Origin: a bacterium
Lineage (GTDB): Bacteria > DRYD01
Direction of reading: 5' to 3'
Assembly: GCA_049969455.1 (NCBI GenBank)
Contig: JBMFOW010000001.1
Span: 1 to 46,582 of the forward strand
DNA: 46,582 nt
Under the pieces are notes generated by a model that ran no database searches, was not told the origin of the DNA, and saw only the letters and a program-made list of their open reading frames with translations. This document shows positions 17,604 through 28,043 of the stretch, piece by piece. The first letter of the stretch is position 1. Each line of letters opens with the position of its first letter. A program made the translations under genes and the position numbers.

Positions 17604-17789
17604 TTACCAACTTGCTTTTTTAACACCAGGTAATAATCCATTATACGCCATTTTTCTAAGACACATCCTACAAATTCCAAAAAATCTAAAGTATCCCCTA
17701 GGCCTACCACAAACTTGACACCTGTTCCTAAATCTAACTTTAAATTTAGGTTCTTTTTTCCATTTTTCTAATTGTCCCTTCCTTGGCAT
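17604..17789 (-). CDS. rpsN: 30S ribosomal protein S14, zinc-binding type Z
   Basis: 61 aa with [22 protein letters not shown]. Confidence 0.95.
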   Translation of the reverse strand: MPRKGQLEKWKKEPKFKVRFRNRCQVCGRPRGYFRFFGICRMCLRKMAYNGLLPGVKKASW

Positions 17790-17851
17790 ATAAACCCCCT
17801 TCTTTTTTATTAAATTCTAAATTAATTTCATTAAATTTTAAATAAAACTAA

Positions 17852-18403
17852 TCATTTTTGAAATGGAAATCCTAATAATCTAAGCAATTCATAAGCTTCT
17901 TTATCTGTCTTAGCAGTAGTAACAATAGTTATATCCATTCCCCTAATTCTATCAATATCATCATAGGATAATTCAGGAAAAATTAATTGTTCTTTAATAC
18001 CAAGTGTATAATTTCCTTTACCATCAAATTTCTTAGAAATACCTTTAAAGTCTCTTATACGAGGTAATACTATAGAAATCAATTTATCTAAGAAAGCCCA
18101 CATTATAGCTTTTCTTAAAGTAACTTTAAGCCCTATCTTCATTCCTTTTCTTAATTTAAAATTAGAAATAGATTTTATAGCAGAAATAACTAAAGGAGTT
18201 TGACCCGTTATTATCTGAAGCTGCTTATGAACCTTCTTTATTATATCTTGATTTTGTGTAGCATCTCCTACTCCCATGTTAACTACTACTTTCTCTATCT
18301 TAGGAATTTGCATGACATTTTTATAATTAAATATATTTTGTAATTCTTTAATTACTTCATCTTTATATTTCCTATATAATCTTAATTCACTTTGCTTAAT
18401 CAT
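17852..18403 (-). CDS. rplE: 50S ribosomal protein L5
   Basis: 183 aa. [32 protein letters not shown]. Confidence 0.95.
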   Translation of the reverse strand: MIKQSELRLYRKYKDEVIKELQNIFNYKNVMQIPKIEKVVVNMGVGDATQNQDIIKKVHKQLQIITGQTPLVISAIKSISNFKLRKGMKIGLKVTLRKAIMWAFLDKLISIVLPRIRDFKGISKKFDGKGNYTLGIKEQLIFPELSYDDIDRIRGMDITIVTTAKTDKEAYELLRLLGFPFQK

Positions 18404-18426
18404 AAAAAATCTCCTCCAATTTTATA

Positions 18427-18771
18427 TTATTTTTCTTGTGTTTTTATCTCTTGATTACATTTTTTACAAATTCTTATTTTCTTAGATTTTCCTTGATCTT
18501 GAATTAATTTAAATCCAACTCTAGTAGGTTTAGTACAATTAGGACAAATAAGCATAACCTTAGATACATCAATAGTTTTTTCAACTTTAACTATCTTAGC
18601 TTCTTTTTTAGGAGTATCCTCTAAAGTAGGAACTTTTACATGTTTTTTTACTATATTTATTCCTTGTAATAAAACTGAATTATCTTTTCTAAAAACTTTT
18701 ATAACTTTAGAAACTTCGCCTTTATATTTACCTTTAATAACAACTACTTTATCACCTTTATAAATTTTCAT
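18427..18771 (-). CDS. rplX: 50S ribosomal protein L24 (with a Cys4 zinc-ribbon-like insertion)
   Basis: KOW motif KGDKVVVIKGKYKGE. CPNC...CKKC in the C-terminal half. Confidence 0.93.
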   Translation of the reverse strand: MKIYKGDKVVVIKGKYKGEVSKVIKVFRKDNSVLLQGINIVKKHVKVPTLEDTPKKEAKIVKVEKTIDVSKVMLICPNCTKPTRVGFKLIQDQGKSKKIRICKKCNQEIKTQEK

Positions 18772-18787
18772 TTATTAATCACCTACC

Positions 18788-19156
18788 TTACACTACTTCA
18801 GTAGCTAAAGATAAAATTTTAGTAAAACCTTTATCTCTTAATTCACGTGGAATAGGTCCAAAAATACGAGTACCCTTAGGATTCCCTTGCTCATCTATCA
18901 AAACTACAGCATTATCATCAAATCTTACATAACTACCATCGTCTCTTCTATATTTTCTCTTCATTCTGACAATAACAGCAGTAACAACATCACCTTTTTC
19001 TACATTAGAATGAGGAATAGCATCTTTTACAGATACTTTGACAATATCACCAATATATGCATATTTTCTATACCAATTATTATACATACCAATTAGCTGT
19101 ACTACTTTAGCTCCAGAATTATCTGCTACTACTAATTTAGTCATTCTTGGTAACAT
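18788..19156 (-). CDS. rplN: 50S ribosomal protein L14
   Basis: 122 aa. [24 protein letters not shown]-like [10 protein letters not shown]. Confidence 0.96.
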   Translation of the reverse strand: MLPRMTKLVVADNSGAKVVQLIGMYNNWYRKYAYIGDIVKVSVKDAIPHSNVEKGDVVTAVIVRMKRKYRRDDGSYVRFDDNAVVLIDEQGNPKGTRIFGPIPRELRDKGFTKILSLATEVV

Positions 19157-19202
19157 ATGTTATTCCCCCTTTATTAGTAATTAATTTTAGTAATTAATTT
19201 AA

Positions 19203-19460
19203 TTAAATTTTCTTGGATTTTTCAAGAATTTTTATAACAACCCATCTCTTCAATTTGCTTAATGGTCTACTTTCTAATATTAAAACTCTATCTCCTTCTT
19301 GACATTCATTATTTTCGTCATGAGCATAATATTTTTTATAAGTTTTAATAACTTTCTTATAAATAGGATGCTTCTTTAAATATTCAACCTTAACTACTAC
19401 AGTTTTATCCATTTTATTACTAACAACAATACCTTCTAACTTTTTTTTGTTACTTTTCAT
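19203..19460 (-). CDS. rpsQ: 30S ribosomal protein S17
   Basis: [19 protein letters not shown]. The likely start is ATG 19460, 9 nt after SD AAGGAGTG. The track start at 19472 is a GTG inside that SD. Confidence 0.93.
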   Translation of the reverse strand: MKSNKKKLEGIVVSNKMDKTVVVKVEYLKKHPIYKKVIKTYKKYYAHDENNECQEGDRVLILESRPLSKLKRWVVIKILEKSKKI

Positions 19461-19468
19461 AAAATATA

Positions 19469-19684
19469 TCACTCCTTAGTTTCTTTATTTTTTTTAGTAG
19501 ATAAAAAATATTTTATTCTAGCAATTTTTTTTCTTAATAGAGATAAAATATGAGGTTTAAAATCAGATGAAATACTCATTTTAAATTTATTATCAAAATA
19601 CTCTTTCTTAGTTTTCCTTAATTCATTAACTAAATCTTGGTATTCTAAAGATCTAAGAAATTCTAATTCTTTTTTAGACTTCAT
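19469..19684 (-). CDS. rpmC: 50S ribosomal protein L29
   Basis: 71 aa. [25 protein letters not shown], in the syntenic position between rplP and rpsQ. Confidence 0.88.
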   Translation of the reverse strand: MKSKKELEFLRSLEYQDLVNELRKTKKEYFDNKFKMSISSDFKPHILSLLRKKIARIKYFLSTKKNKETKE

Positions 19685-19709
19685 TATCTAAAACACCTCC
19701 TTTAACAAA

Positions 19710-20117
19710 TTATTCTTTTTCAACGATTTTTGTTTTAATTGGTAGTTTATAAGAAGCCTGAGCTAAAACTTCATAAGCTTCTTCCTTTTTTAATCCAGTT
19801 AATTCAAATATAACAGTACCAGGTCTTACAACTGCAACATATTTTTCTACATCAGCCTTACCGCCCCCCATCCTAGTTTCCGCAGGCTTCTTAGTAACAG
19901 GTTTATGAGGAAAAATTCTAATCCAAACTTTTCCACCTTTTTTAAGATTCTTAGAAATAACTATTCTTGCTGCTTCTATTTGATTAGCAGTAATCCAACT
20001 AGGTTCTAAAGCCATTAATCCATAATCCCCAAAAGCTACATAATTACATCTAGTAGCTTTTCTTTTCATTCTTCCTCGTCTTTCTTTTCTAAATTTTCTT
20101 CTTTTTGGTGCTAACAT
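19710..20117 (-). CDS. rplP: 50S ribosomal protein L16
   Basis: [21 protein letters not shown]..., RMGGGKA. Confidence 0.97.
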   Translation of the reverse strand: MLAPKRRKFRKERRGRMKRKATRCNYVAFGDYGLMALEPSWITANQIEAARIVISKNLKKGGKVWIRIFPHKPVTKKPAETRMGGGKADVEKYVAVVRPGTVIFELTGLKKEEAYEVLAQASYKLPIKTKIVEKE

Positions 20118-20152
20118 AAATATAACACCCCTTCTTTATTAAATTATTAAAA

Positions 20153-20920
20153 CTAAATTTCCTTAGGCATAGAAGCTAATTTAAGTTTTTCTAATACCTC
20201 AAATTGTTTCTTAGTTTCTTCATCCTTAAATGTCATACCTTTATATATCCATACTTTAACTCCAATAACTCCCCATTTAGTCATAGCTTCATCTAATGCA
20301 TAATCTATATCAGCCATTAAAGTTTGTAAAGGTACTTTCCCTAATATTATTCTTTCTCTTCTAGCTAACTCAGCACCATCTAATCTACCAGCAACTTCTA
20401 TTCTAACACCTTGAGCACCTACCCTAATAACCCTAATAGCAGCAGCTCTCATTGCTCTCCTAAAACTAACTCTTTGCTCTAATTGCCTTGCTATACTATG
20501 AGCAACTAACTTAGCACTTAAATCTGGATGCTCCACTTCTCTAACCTCTATAGATGTTTCTTTGTTAAATTCTTTGAATAAAGCTTGTTTTAAACTCTCT
20601 ATATCACTACCCCTCTTACCTATAACTATTGCAGGCTTAGATGTATAAATAGTTATATGTAAATTATTAGATTTTCTTCCTATAATTATCTTTTCAATAG
20701 AAGCAGGATTAGGATCCTTAAACTTAGCACTACCTTCTTTTATTTTTAATCCCATTTTCTTTATTATATTCTTTCTTATATAACTAAATATAAATTTTCT
20801 TATTTTATTATCTTCAATAACAGCACTTTGATAATCTCTTTTTTTAGGAAAAAACCAAATACTGTCCCAATACTTATTTATACTTAATCTTAAAGCTTTA
20901 GGATGTACTTTCTGACCCAA
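20153..20920 (-). CDS. rpsC: 30S ribosomal protein S3 (with a ~20-aa insertion)
   Basis: A TTG at 20920 gives the canonical (M)GQKVHP N-terminus. The track start GTG 20929 is part of SD AAGGAGGTG. KH motif IGKRGSDIESL, then GRLDGAELARRE. Extra segment KKMGLKIKEGSAKFKDPNP. Confidence 0.95.
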   Translation of the reverse strand: MGQKVHPKALRLSINKYWDSIWFFPKKRDYQSAVIEDNKIRKFIFSYIRKNIIKKMGLKIKEGSAKFKDPNPASIEKIIIGRKSNNLHITIYTSKPAIVIGKRGSDIESLKQALFKEFNKETSIEVREVEHPDLSAKLVAHSIARQLEQRVSFRRAMRAAAIRVIRVGAQGVRIEVAGRLDGAELARRERIILGKVPLQTLMADIDYALDEAMTKWGVIGVKVWIYKGMTFKDEETKKQFEVLEKLKLASMPKEI

Positions 20921-20942
20921 AAAAAACACCTCCTTATTATTT

Positions 20943-21500
20943 TTATTTACTAACTTTTACTTCTTTAGATTCTTTAGATTCCTTAACTTTCTTTTTCTTA
21001 ATTTTAGTTCTTTCAGAAACTTTTAAAGTAATATGAGAAGTATGTTTTAAAATCCTAGTACCACTACCCCTTGCTTTTGTATCCCATCTTTTAATATATG
21101 GTCCTTTATTAACAAAAACTTCATAAACAAATAAATTATTAATATCAACATCCTTATATTTATCAGATAAATACTCAGCATTAGCTTTAACAGAAAGCAA
21201 CAATTTTTCGACCATTCTTGCAGCCTTTCGCGGAATAAATGCCACTATATTTATAGCTTCATCTAAATCCTTTCCTCTTATCAAATCCAAAATAGGTTTT
21301 AACTTTTTATAAGAAGTTCTTAAATATCTTGCAAATCCATTAAAAGTAAAAGGAGAAATTTTAAAAGATTGCCATTTATTATTCCAAAATTTTTCATGAG
21401 CAATTCTTTTAGCTTCTTTTATATCTTTTGTTTTAATTAATTCGAAATTTTCATTCCCTTCTTTATCTTTATAAACTATTTTATAAGTATATAAATACAT
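20943..21500 (-). CDS. rplV: 50S ribosomal protein L22 with a ~54-aa N-terminal extension and a Lys-rich C-terminal tail
   Basis: The core ARYLRTSYKKLKPILDLIRGKDLDEAINIVAFIPRKAARMVEKLL begins near residue 56. ATG 21500 is preceded by SD AAGGGGG at 9 nt, and no internal Met precedes the core. Confidence 0.9.
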   Translation of the reverse strand: MYLYTYKIVYKDKEGNENFELIKTKDIKEAKRIAHEKFWNNKWQSFKISPFTFNGFARYLRTSYKKLKPILDLIRGKDLDEAINIVAFIPRKAARMVEKLLLSVKANAEYLSDKYKDVDINNLFVYEVFVNKGPYIKRWDTKARGSGTRILKHTSHITLKVSERTKIKKKKVKESKESKEVKVSK

Positions 21501-21532
21501 AATATAAGCCCCCTTTATTTAGTTTAAAAATT

Positions 21533-21811
21533 TTATTTCTTTTCTTTAGCAGCTTTCTTTTCAGGATGTCCTTTAAATATTCTAGTAGGAGCAAATTCTC
21601 CTAATTTATGACCTATCATCTGCTCAGTTACATAAACAGGTACATGACCTTTTCCATTATGTACTAAAAAAGTAAGACCTACCATTTCAGGAACGATAGT
21701 ACTACGTCTTGACCAAGTCTTTATTGTTTTTTCACCAGTTTCAATTGCTTTCAAAACTTTTTTATATAATTTTTCATCAACAAATGGTCCTTTTTTAGAA
21801 CTTCTACCCAT
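21533..21811 (-). CDS. rpsS: 30S ribosomal protein S19
   Basis: [12 protein letters not shown]..., [28 protein letters not shown]. Confidence 0.97.
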   Translation of the reverse strand: MGRSSKKGPFVDEKLYKKVLKAIETGEKTIKTWSRRSTIVPEMVGLTFLVHNGKGHVPVYVTEQMIGHKLGEFAPTRIFKGHPEKKAAKEKK

Positions 21812-21824
21812 AATTCCCTCCTAC

Positions 21825-22661
21825 TTACTTATTTTTAGGTCTTCTACTTATAATAAATTTAGTAGAACTCTTCTTTTCTTTTCTAGTTTTATAACCAACA
21901 GTAGGCTTACCCCAAGGAGTAACACTAGGTCTACCTGGATGTGTTCTACCTTCTCCACCACCATGTGGATGATCAACAACATTCATACAGGTACCTCTAA
22001 CATGAGGTCGTTTATCTAGATATCTCATCCTACCTGCTTTACCAATAACTAAATTATGATGCTCTTGATTAGAAACTCTCCCAATAGTAGCTCTACATTT
22101 AGAATTTATTTTTCTTATTTCTCCAGAAGGCAACCTAATAATAGCATAATCTTCTTCCTTACCTATTAACTGTGCAACACTACCAGCAGATCTAGCTAAC
22201 TGTCCACCCTTACCAGGATACAACTCAACATTATGAATAAAAGTACCAAGAGGTATATTCTTTAAAGGTAAACAATTACCTACTTTAATTTCCACATTTT
22301 CACCAGATTCAATAATATCACCAACTTTTAATCCTTCAGGAGTAATAATATATCTTTTTTCTCCATCTTCATATTCTACTAATGAAATCCAAGCACTTCT
22401 ATTAGGATCATATTCTATAGTTTTAACAACTGCTTTTATATTATCTTTATTCCTTTTAAAATCTATTATTCTTATTCTTCTTTTATGTCCTCCACCTCTA
22501 AAACGAACAGTAACTTTTCCTTGATTATTTCTTCCACCTTTTTTCTTTTTTATAACAGTTAATGGCTTATAGGGAGTATCAGTAGTTAGCTCATTTTTAA
22601 AATCATAATAAACTACAAATCTTCTACCTGGTGATGTTGGATTAACTTTTATCAAACCCAT
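21825..22661 (-). CDS. rplB: 50S ribosomal protein L2
   Basis: 278 aa. [24 protein letters not shown]. Confidence 0.98.
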   Translation of the reverse strand: MGLIKVNPTSPGRRFVVYYDFKNELTTDTPYKPLTVIKKKKGGRNNQGKVTVRFRGGGHKRRIRIIDFKRNKDNIKAVVKTIEYDPNRSAWISLVEYEDGEKRYIITPEGLKVGDIIESGENVEIKVGNCLPLKNIPLGTFIHNVELYPGKGGQLARSAGSVAQLIGKEEDYAIIRLPSGEIRKINSKCRATIGRVSNQEHHNLVIGKAGRMRYLDKRPHVRGTCMNVVDHPHGGGEGRTHPGRPSVTPWGKPTVGYKTRKEKKSSTKFIISRRPKNK

Positions 22662-22683
22662 AATTCATCCTCCTTATTATAAA

Positions 22684-23043
22684 CTATTTTTTTTCTAATA
22701 AATTTTCAATAAAATCTATTTTATATCCATCTTTTAAAGTAACAATAGCTTTTTTATACCCTTTAGTTTTATGCTTATAATATATATTTCTATTTGATTG
22801 GAACTTATACCTACTTCTATAATAAGTAGTTTTAGGAGGAATAGTAATAGTATTTATTTTTTCAACTTTAACATTAAACAAATTTTCTACAGCATTTTTT
22901 ACATCTACTTTAGTAGCATCTTTATGAATCTCAAAAACATATTTCTTTTTATTACTTTCATTTAACAAATTTAAAGCTTTTTCAGTTAAAATAGGCCTCT
23001 TTAAAACTTCATAAATAGATAATTTACTTTTATTATCTTTCAT
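22684..23043 (-). CDS. rplW: 50S ribosomal protein L23
   Basis: PILTEKA, YVFEIHKDATKVDVKNAVENLFNVKV, in the syntenic position. Confidence 0.92.
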   Translation of the reverse strand: MKDNKSKLSIYEVLKRPILTEKALNLLNESNKKKYVFEIHKDATKVDVKNAVENLFNVKVEKINTITIPPKTTYYRSRYKFQSNRNIYYKHKTKGYKKAIVTLKDGYKIDFIENLLEKK

Positions 23044-23060
23044 AAAGCTAACCTCCTAAA

Positions 23061-23744
23061 TTAATTTTTTACTTTTTCCTTTATTAAATTATTATTAACA
23101 TAATCAATAAATAATTCATTTAATCTATCCCAAGCTTTTTTATCTAAAATAATTTTATTAGCACTTAAAATATCTTCTACATTTAAATTATCAGCCTTAA
23201 GTATTTTTCTAGTAGTTTTATGATTTCTTACACTTTTTATCATATTTAAAGTTCTATCATCTTTTTCAGCATATAAATATACAATCTTACTATTTAAATC
23301 TAAGTTTAAAGATTTAGCTAAATTTTCAACATTTTTAGTTTTTATCTCTTTAAAAGGATAAGTTTCTAAAATAATGAAATCATCTAATTTAATATTAATA
23401 AGAGAATAAAGAGCTAACTTTCTTTGCTTTTTATTCATTTTAATAGAAAAATCTCTAGGTTGTGGTCCAAAAACTACTCCACCTTTTCTCCAAATAGGAG
23501 ACCTAATACTACCATGTCTAGCTCTACCAGTATGCTTTTGAGCCCATGGTTTTCTACCTCCACCTCTAACTTCTCCTCTTCTCTTTGTTTTAACAGTACC
23601 TAATCTTCTATTAGCCCACTGTCTTACTAAATGCATATGTATTAATTCTTTTATAGGTTCTCTATTAAAATCTACTTTTAATTCATAACTACCTTGATTA
23701 TTAAAATTGTCATCAATTTTATAAACTTTAATAATTTTTTGCAT
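23061..23744 (-). CDS. rplD: 50S ribosomal protein L4
   Basis: GGGRKPWAQKHTGRARHGSIRSPIWRKGGVVFGP. Confidence 0.96.
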   Translation of the reverse strand: MQKIIKVYKIDDNFNNQGSYELKVDFNREPIKELIHMHLVRQWANRRLGTVKTKRRGEVRGGGRKPWAQKHTGRARHGSIRSPIWRKGGVVFGPQPRDFSIKMNKKQRKLALYSLINIKLDDFIILETYPFKEIKTKNVENLAKSLNLDLNSKIVYLYAEKDDRTLNMIKSVRNHKTTRKILKADNLNVEDILSANKIILDKKAWDRLNELFIDYVNNNLIKEKVKN

Positions 23745-23766
23745 AATTTAATTCCTCCTTATTAAA

Positions 23767-24393
23767 TTAGTTAGACAATTTAATTATTTTTACTAAAGAA
23801 TTACTAGAACCAGGAATACCTCCTTTTATAAGCAATAAATTTTTATCTTTAATAACATCAACAATTTCTAGATTTCTGATAGTGACAGTTTCATCACCAT
23901 ATTTACCTGGTCTTCTTTTACCTGGTCTAGTAGGTCCAATCCTGGAAGTAGCATTACTACCAGCTTTTCTATGATGCTTACTACCATGAGACATAGGTCC
24001 TCTTGAAGCATTCCATCTTTTAATCATTCCACTAAAACCTCTACCCTTTGTTTTTCCAGTAACTTTAACTAAATCTCCCTCTTTAAATATATCTATATCT
24101 ATAGCGTCTCCTACTTTATATTTTTTAGCTATTTCTTCACTAACTCGAATTTCCCCAATTATTTTATAATATTCTTTTAAACCAGCTTTTTCAAAAATGC
24201 CTTTTAATGGTTTATTTAATTTTTTAGGATCTTCAGATATAAAACCAATCTTTAAAGAATAATATCCATCTTTATCCTTGTTTTTAATTTGTAAAACTTT
24301 ACAAGGACCGGCTAAAACAACACTAACAGGTATTAATTTATCTCCTTTATACACTTCAGTCATACCTACTTTTAAACCAAATAAACCTAACAT
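23767..24393 (-). CDS. rplC: 50S ribosomal protein L3
   Basis: GLKVGMTEVY, VTGKTKGRGFSGMIKRWN, GPMSHGS. Confidence 0.97.
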   Translation of the reverse strand: MLGLFGLKVGMTEVYKGDKLIPVSVVLAGPCKVLQIKNKDKDGYYSLKIGFISEDPKKLNKPLKGIFEKAGLKEYYKIIGEIRVSEEIAKKYKVGDAIDIDIFKEGDLVKVTGKTKGRGFSGMIKRWNASRGPMSHGSKHHRKAGSNATSRIGPTRPGKRRPGKYGDETVTIRNLEIVDVIKDKNLLLIKGGIPGSSNSLVKIIKLSN

Positions 24394-24406
24394 ATTTTAC
24401 CTCCTT

Positions 24407-25682
24407 TTAATTCATTTTATTTTTTAATATTTTTTTATAATAAAATAAAACACAAAAAGAAAACAAAATAACTAAAAAAGAAAATATCTTATAAACAAGA
24501 ATTAATCCAATAAAATATGCTATATTACCCAAAACAAAAACACCTAAAAAACCTAACGAAATATTTAATAAAGAATATAAAGAGATAACTTTAGCAATAT
24601 AAGAAGAATCAGTTATAATTTGAACCCTATTATTAGATACTCCAAAAACTATTGATTGTAAAAGTCCAATGAAAGGAATAATATAATAAATATAACTAGG
24701 AAAAAAAGAAATTATAAAAAACAAAATTCCATACAAAACCATAATAACTTCTTCTGAAAAATTAATAACAAAATTTGAATTTAAAGAGGCAACAATGATA
24801 GCTCCAAAAATTGCACCTACTCCTAATAATGAAAGTAATAAAGAAAAATTAGATATAGTTCCTTTTAAAACATCTTTTGTAAAAACCTGCAATAAAGCTA
24901 ATAAAGATAATCCCGAAAAATTTATAATCACTATATTAATAAAACTTTTAAGAATTAACTTATTATTATATACATAACTAATAATTTGCTTTATTTCATT
25001 TAGCATATTATTATTATTTTTTTTTTAAATTAACTTCATAATAATTATTATTTAATTCTTTAGAAAAAATTAATAAAAAAATAAGAGGTAGAAAAGAAAT
25101 AGTATTAAATAAAAACCCCATATAAAGTCCATATTTCTTTGCTAAAAAAGCAGCAATAATAGGTCCTATAATTCTTGATAAATTAAAAGTTAATCCTTGT
25201 AAACTAAAAGCACTAATTAAGTCTTTTTCTGCTACTATATTTTTTATTAAAGCACTCCTAGCAGGAAAAGAAAAACTCATTGTAACTCCACCAATAACCC
25301 CTAAAATCAATAGATATAAACCGTTTATTTTATTAGTATATACTAAATAAGTTATTAAACATGAATTAAAAAAATCAATACCCTGAATGATAATTAAAAC
25401 TTTTTTATATCCTAACCTATCTATAATTATACCACTTATAAATGAGAAAAATAAAGAAGGTAAAAATCTAACTAAATTAAAATTACCAGTAAATTGTGAA
25501 GCTACATTAGGATTAGTAAATATAATATTAATTAACCATTGCCTTAAAGTATAATCTACCCAATTACCTATTGAAGAAAACCCCTGAAAAATCCAAAAAT
25601 AAAAATAAAATTGATTTTTTAAAGCCCTAAATGGATTTTCTATTGTAAAACTATTTATTTTACTACTTATTTTTACACTCAT
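24407..25682 (-). pseudogene. MFS transporter (MFS_3-like) split into two ORFs by a frameshift in an A10 tract. It could be a pseudogene, a sequencing error or a slippage-rescued gene.
   Basis: ORFs 25014..25736 (about 6 TM) and 24407..25006 (about 6 TM) together make a 12-TM protein. Motifs FRALKN..F....QGFSSIGNW and GIIIDRLGYKK. Removing one A from the run at 25017-25026 fuses ...EVNLKKNNNN-MLNEIKQ in frame. The likely true start is the MSVKISS Met at 25682; the longer track ORF overlaps rpsJ. Confidence 0.6.
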
Positions 25683-25707
25683 AAAAATAATATCAATATT
25701 TTTTTTA

Positions 25708-26022
25708 TTAAACAGTTTTAATAATAACTTCAACACCTTCAGGCAAGTCTATTTTCTTAATTTCCTCTATAGTTTTAGGAGTGTAATCTGCTATTTCTAA
25801 TAATCTTTTATGAATTTTTAATTCAAAATGTTCTCCTGATCTTTTATCAACGTGAGGAGAACGTGTAATACAAAATAATCTTCTTTTTATTGGTAAATAA
25901 ACAGGTCCTATTACTTTAGCTCCTGTACCTAATGCCATATCTATTATCTTATTAACAGATTTATCTAGTAATTTATGATCCCAGCTTATCAATTTTATTC
26001 TTATTTTAGGTAATTTACTCAT
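25708..26022 (-). CDS. rpsJ: 30S ribosomal protein S10
   Basis: IRIKLISWDHKLLD, GPVYLPIKR, RSPHVDKRSGEHFELKIHKRL. Confidence 0.96.
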   Translation of the reverse strand: MSKLPKIRIKLISWDHKLLDKSVNKIIDMALGTGAKVIGPVYLPIKRRLFCITRSPHVDKRSGEHFELKIHKRLLEIADYTPKTIEEIKKIDLPEGVEVIIKTV

Positions 26023-26194
26023 ATTTTACTAACCTCCATAAAATACTTCTTGTAATTATTTTATTCAATAAAAATAATCATTTTCCTTTTTATAATCAAT
26101 ATTGCTTTTTGTTTTATTAAATTTATAAAAAATAAAAAAATAAAAAAAGCTAAAAAATTAATAAAAAATAATAAAAGAACTACAAAAAACTAAA

Positions 26195-27988
26195 TTAAGC
26201 TAAAACAGAATTATCATCTTCTTGTTTAAATAAAATATTGGCATAATCTTGCATATCTTTAACTTTTTGATCGGATATATTTTCTATATAAGAATAAATT
26301 AAATTCATTTTATTATCAAAAACAAAAATAGCTCCTCCATATACTGGGTATTCTTTACTTCTTACTTTAATATTTTTAGGATATTTATAAGATACTTCAA
26401 TATTTATTCCACCGTCAAAACCAGGAACTAAATTAACTTTTAAATCATCTATATTAAGATAAGAAAATTCTTTTGAATAATTTTTTAATATTTTTAAAAT
26501 TAATTCTTTTAAAAATTTTTTAAATTCAATAGAATCAGCTTTCTTATTATTTAAAACTGAAGATAATTCAGAAATACTAAGATTTTTAGAATTATTTATT
26601 TCATTTAGAATATCACTAACATTTAAATTATCAAATATTTTATTTTCATTTGCAGCTTTTATTAAATAAGGAGCTAATTCGGAATTATTAAATAATATAT
26701 CAGCTACTATTATAGATTTCATGAATTCAGGAATAGTGGTAGTAGAAGGATTATTTATCTTTGCTCCCTTTATAAATACATCATAAAATTTAGATGCAAT
26801 CTCATTTAAAGAATATTTATTCTTGTTATCTTGATAGAAATTAATAAATGCTTTATAAAAACAATTAGATAAACTTTTTGATTGTAAATGCACTTCTTTA
26901 TCTTCATTTTTTAATTCAGAGTATTTTTTATATTCGAAATTTAAGGATAAATCTCTAATTGGTTTTTCATCCTTAATTTTTGATAATTCTTCTTGAGACA
27001 TATATGGATTTGTATTTAATAATTCTTTAACTTGCTTTATATTTGTATAAATACTTTTACCAAAGTATTCCGAAATCTGAGAAATTAAATTACTTTTAGT
27101 TAAATCTATATTATTTTCTTTAATATATTTTTCAATATTAGGATCAGAAGCAACAGCTAAAAAAGCATTTATATCACCAAAAGCTTCATGAACTGCACCA
27201 GACTCAAAATGAAATTGATTATCAATATAACCTGGTCTTAAATTATCTAATAATTTATGCCCTAATTCATGAATAACAACATCAGTATCATTAGAAGCAT
27301 TAATAACTTCATGAGTAGCTAAATTAAAAAATGTACCTAAAACCAATTTATTTGACATAGGATCATAATATGCATTTTTTAAAAAATCCTTATTAGATAC
27401 TCCATAAAGATCTACTTTAAATGGATTTACAAATTCCTCCTGAGCATACTTACTAACTTTCTTTATATCTCTTTCTATATTATAAACAGTAGATAAAGTA
27501 TCATACATTACTGTTTTGGGCTTAAATCTTAAATTATTATTTATATTATTTAAATCTCCCATTTCTTGCTTAATCTTATCATATTGAGTTAAAACCATTA
27601 AAACATGGTCAGTTTTTACTATAAATGCCTTTTGAGGTATGCTATTCATTATTTGTTTTAATAATTTATTAACTTTATCTTGATTAAATTTATTACTTAT
27701 ATTAACATTAACATTTATTATTTCTTTTTTAGTATTAATTGAAGGTAAATAACTAAGTATTTTATCAATATTTTGTTTTAATTCATTTTCAATACTTTGT
27801 TTAACATTATCATTTAATATAAATTCAGCAATAGTTAATTTCGATGGTAAATTATCTTGATAATAATTATCTACATTTTGAGGATGATAATTAACAACTA
27901 CATTATCTAATTCTTTCTTACTTTGACTATACTTTAACATTAAATCACTTAAATTTAAATGTGATATAATTTTAGATAAATCAAACAT
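26195..27988 (-). CDS. Thermolysin-like (M4-type catalytic core) zinc metalloprotease-domain protein, no signal peptide
   Basis: 597 aa. NAYYDPMSNKLVLG, DVVIHELGHKLLD and ESGAVHEAFGDINAF parallel the thermolysin motifs NAFW..MVYGDG, VVAHELTH and GAINEAISD. The N-terminus MFDLSKIISHLNLSD is not hydrophobic. Confidence 0.6.
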   Translation of the reverse strand: MFDLSKIISHLNLSDLMLKYSQSKKELDNVVVNYHPQNVDNYYQDNLPSKLTIAEFILNDNVKQSIENELKQNIDKILSYLPSINTKKEIINVNVNISNKFNQDKVNKLLKQIMNSIPQKAFIVKTDHVLMVLTQYDKIKQEMGDLNNINNNLRFKPKTVMYDTLSTVYNIERDIKKVSKYAQEEFVNPFKVDLYGVSNKDFLKNAYYDPMSNKLVLGTFFNLATHEVINASNDTDVVIHELGHKLLDNLRPGYIDNQFHFESGAVHEAFGDINAFLAVASDPNIEKYIKENNIDLTKSNLISQISEYFGKSIYTNIKQVKELLNTNPYMSQEELSKIKDEKPIRDLSLNFEYKKYSELKNEDKEVHLQSKSLSNCFYKAFINFYQDNKNKYSLNEIASKFYDVFIKGAKINNPSTTTIPEFMKSIIVADILFNNSELAPYLIKAANENKIFDNLNVSDILNEINNSKNLSISELSSVLNNKKADSIEFKKFLKELILKILKNYSKEFSYLNIDDLKVNLVPGFDGGINIEVSYKYPKNIKVRSKEYPVYGGAIFVFDNKMNLIYSYIENISDQKVKDMQDYANILFKQEDDNSVLA

Positions 27989-28043
27989 TAAAAACCCCCC
28001 TTTCTTATATTTTATTAAATTTTTTTATAAAAATTCCTTATTA

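Noticed and set aside
25708-25736. 29-nt overlap between rpsJ and the MFS ORF
   Set aside because: It is an artefact of taking the longest ORF. The MFS family N-terminus aligns from the internal Met at 25682, which removes the overlap.
26023-26194. Sigma70-like -35/-10 hexamers (for example TTGAAT-17-TATTTT) upstream of rpsJ, and similar elements in other spacers
   Set aside because: In ~85% AT spacers such matches occur by chance every few tens of nucleotides. They cannot be supported from sequence alone.
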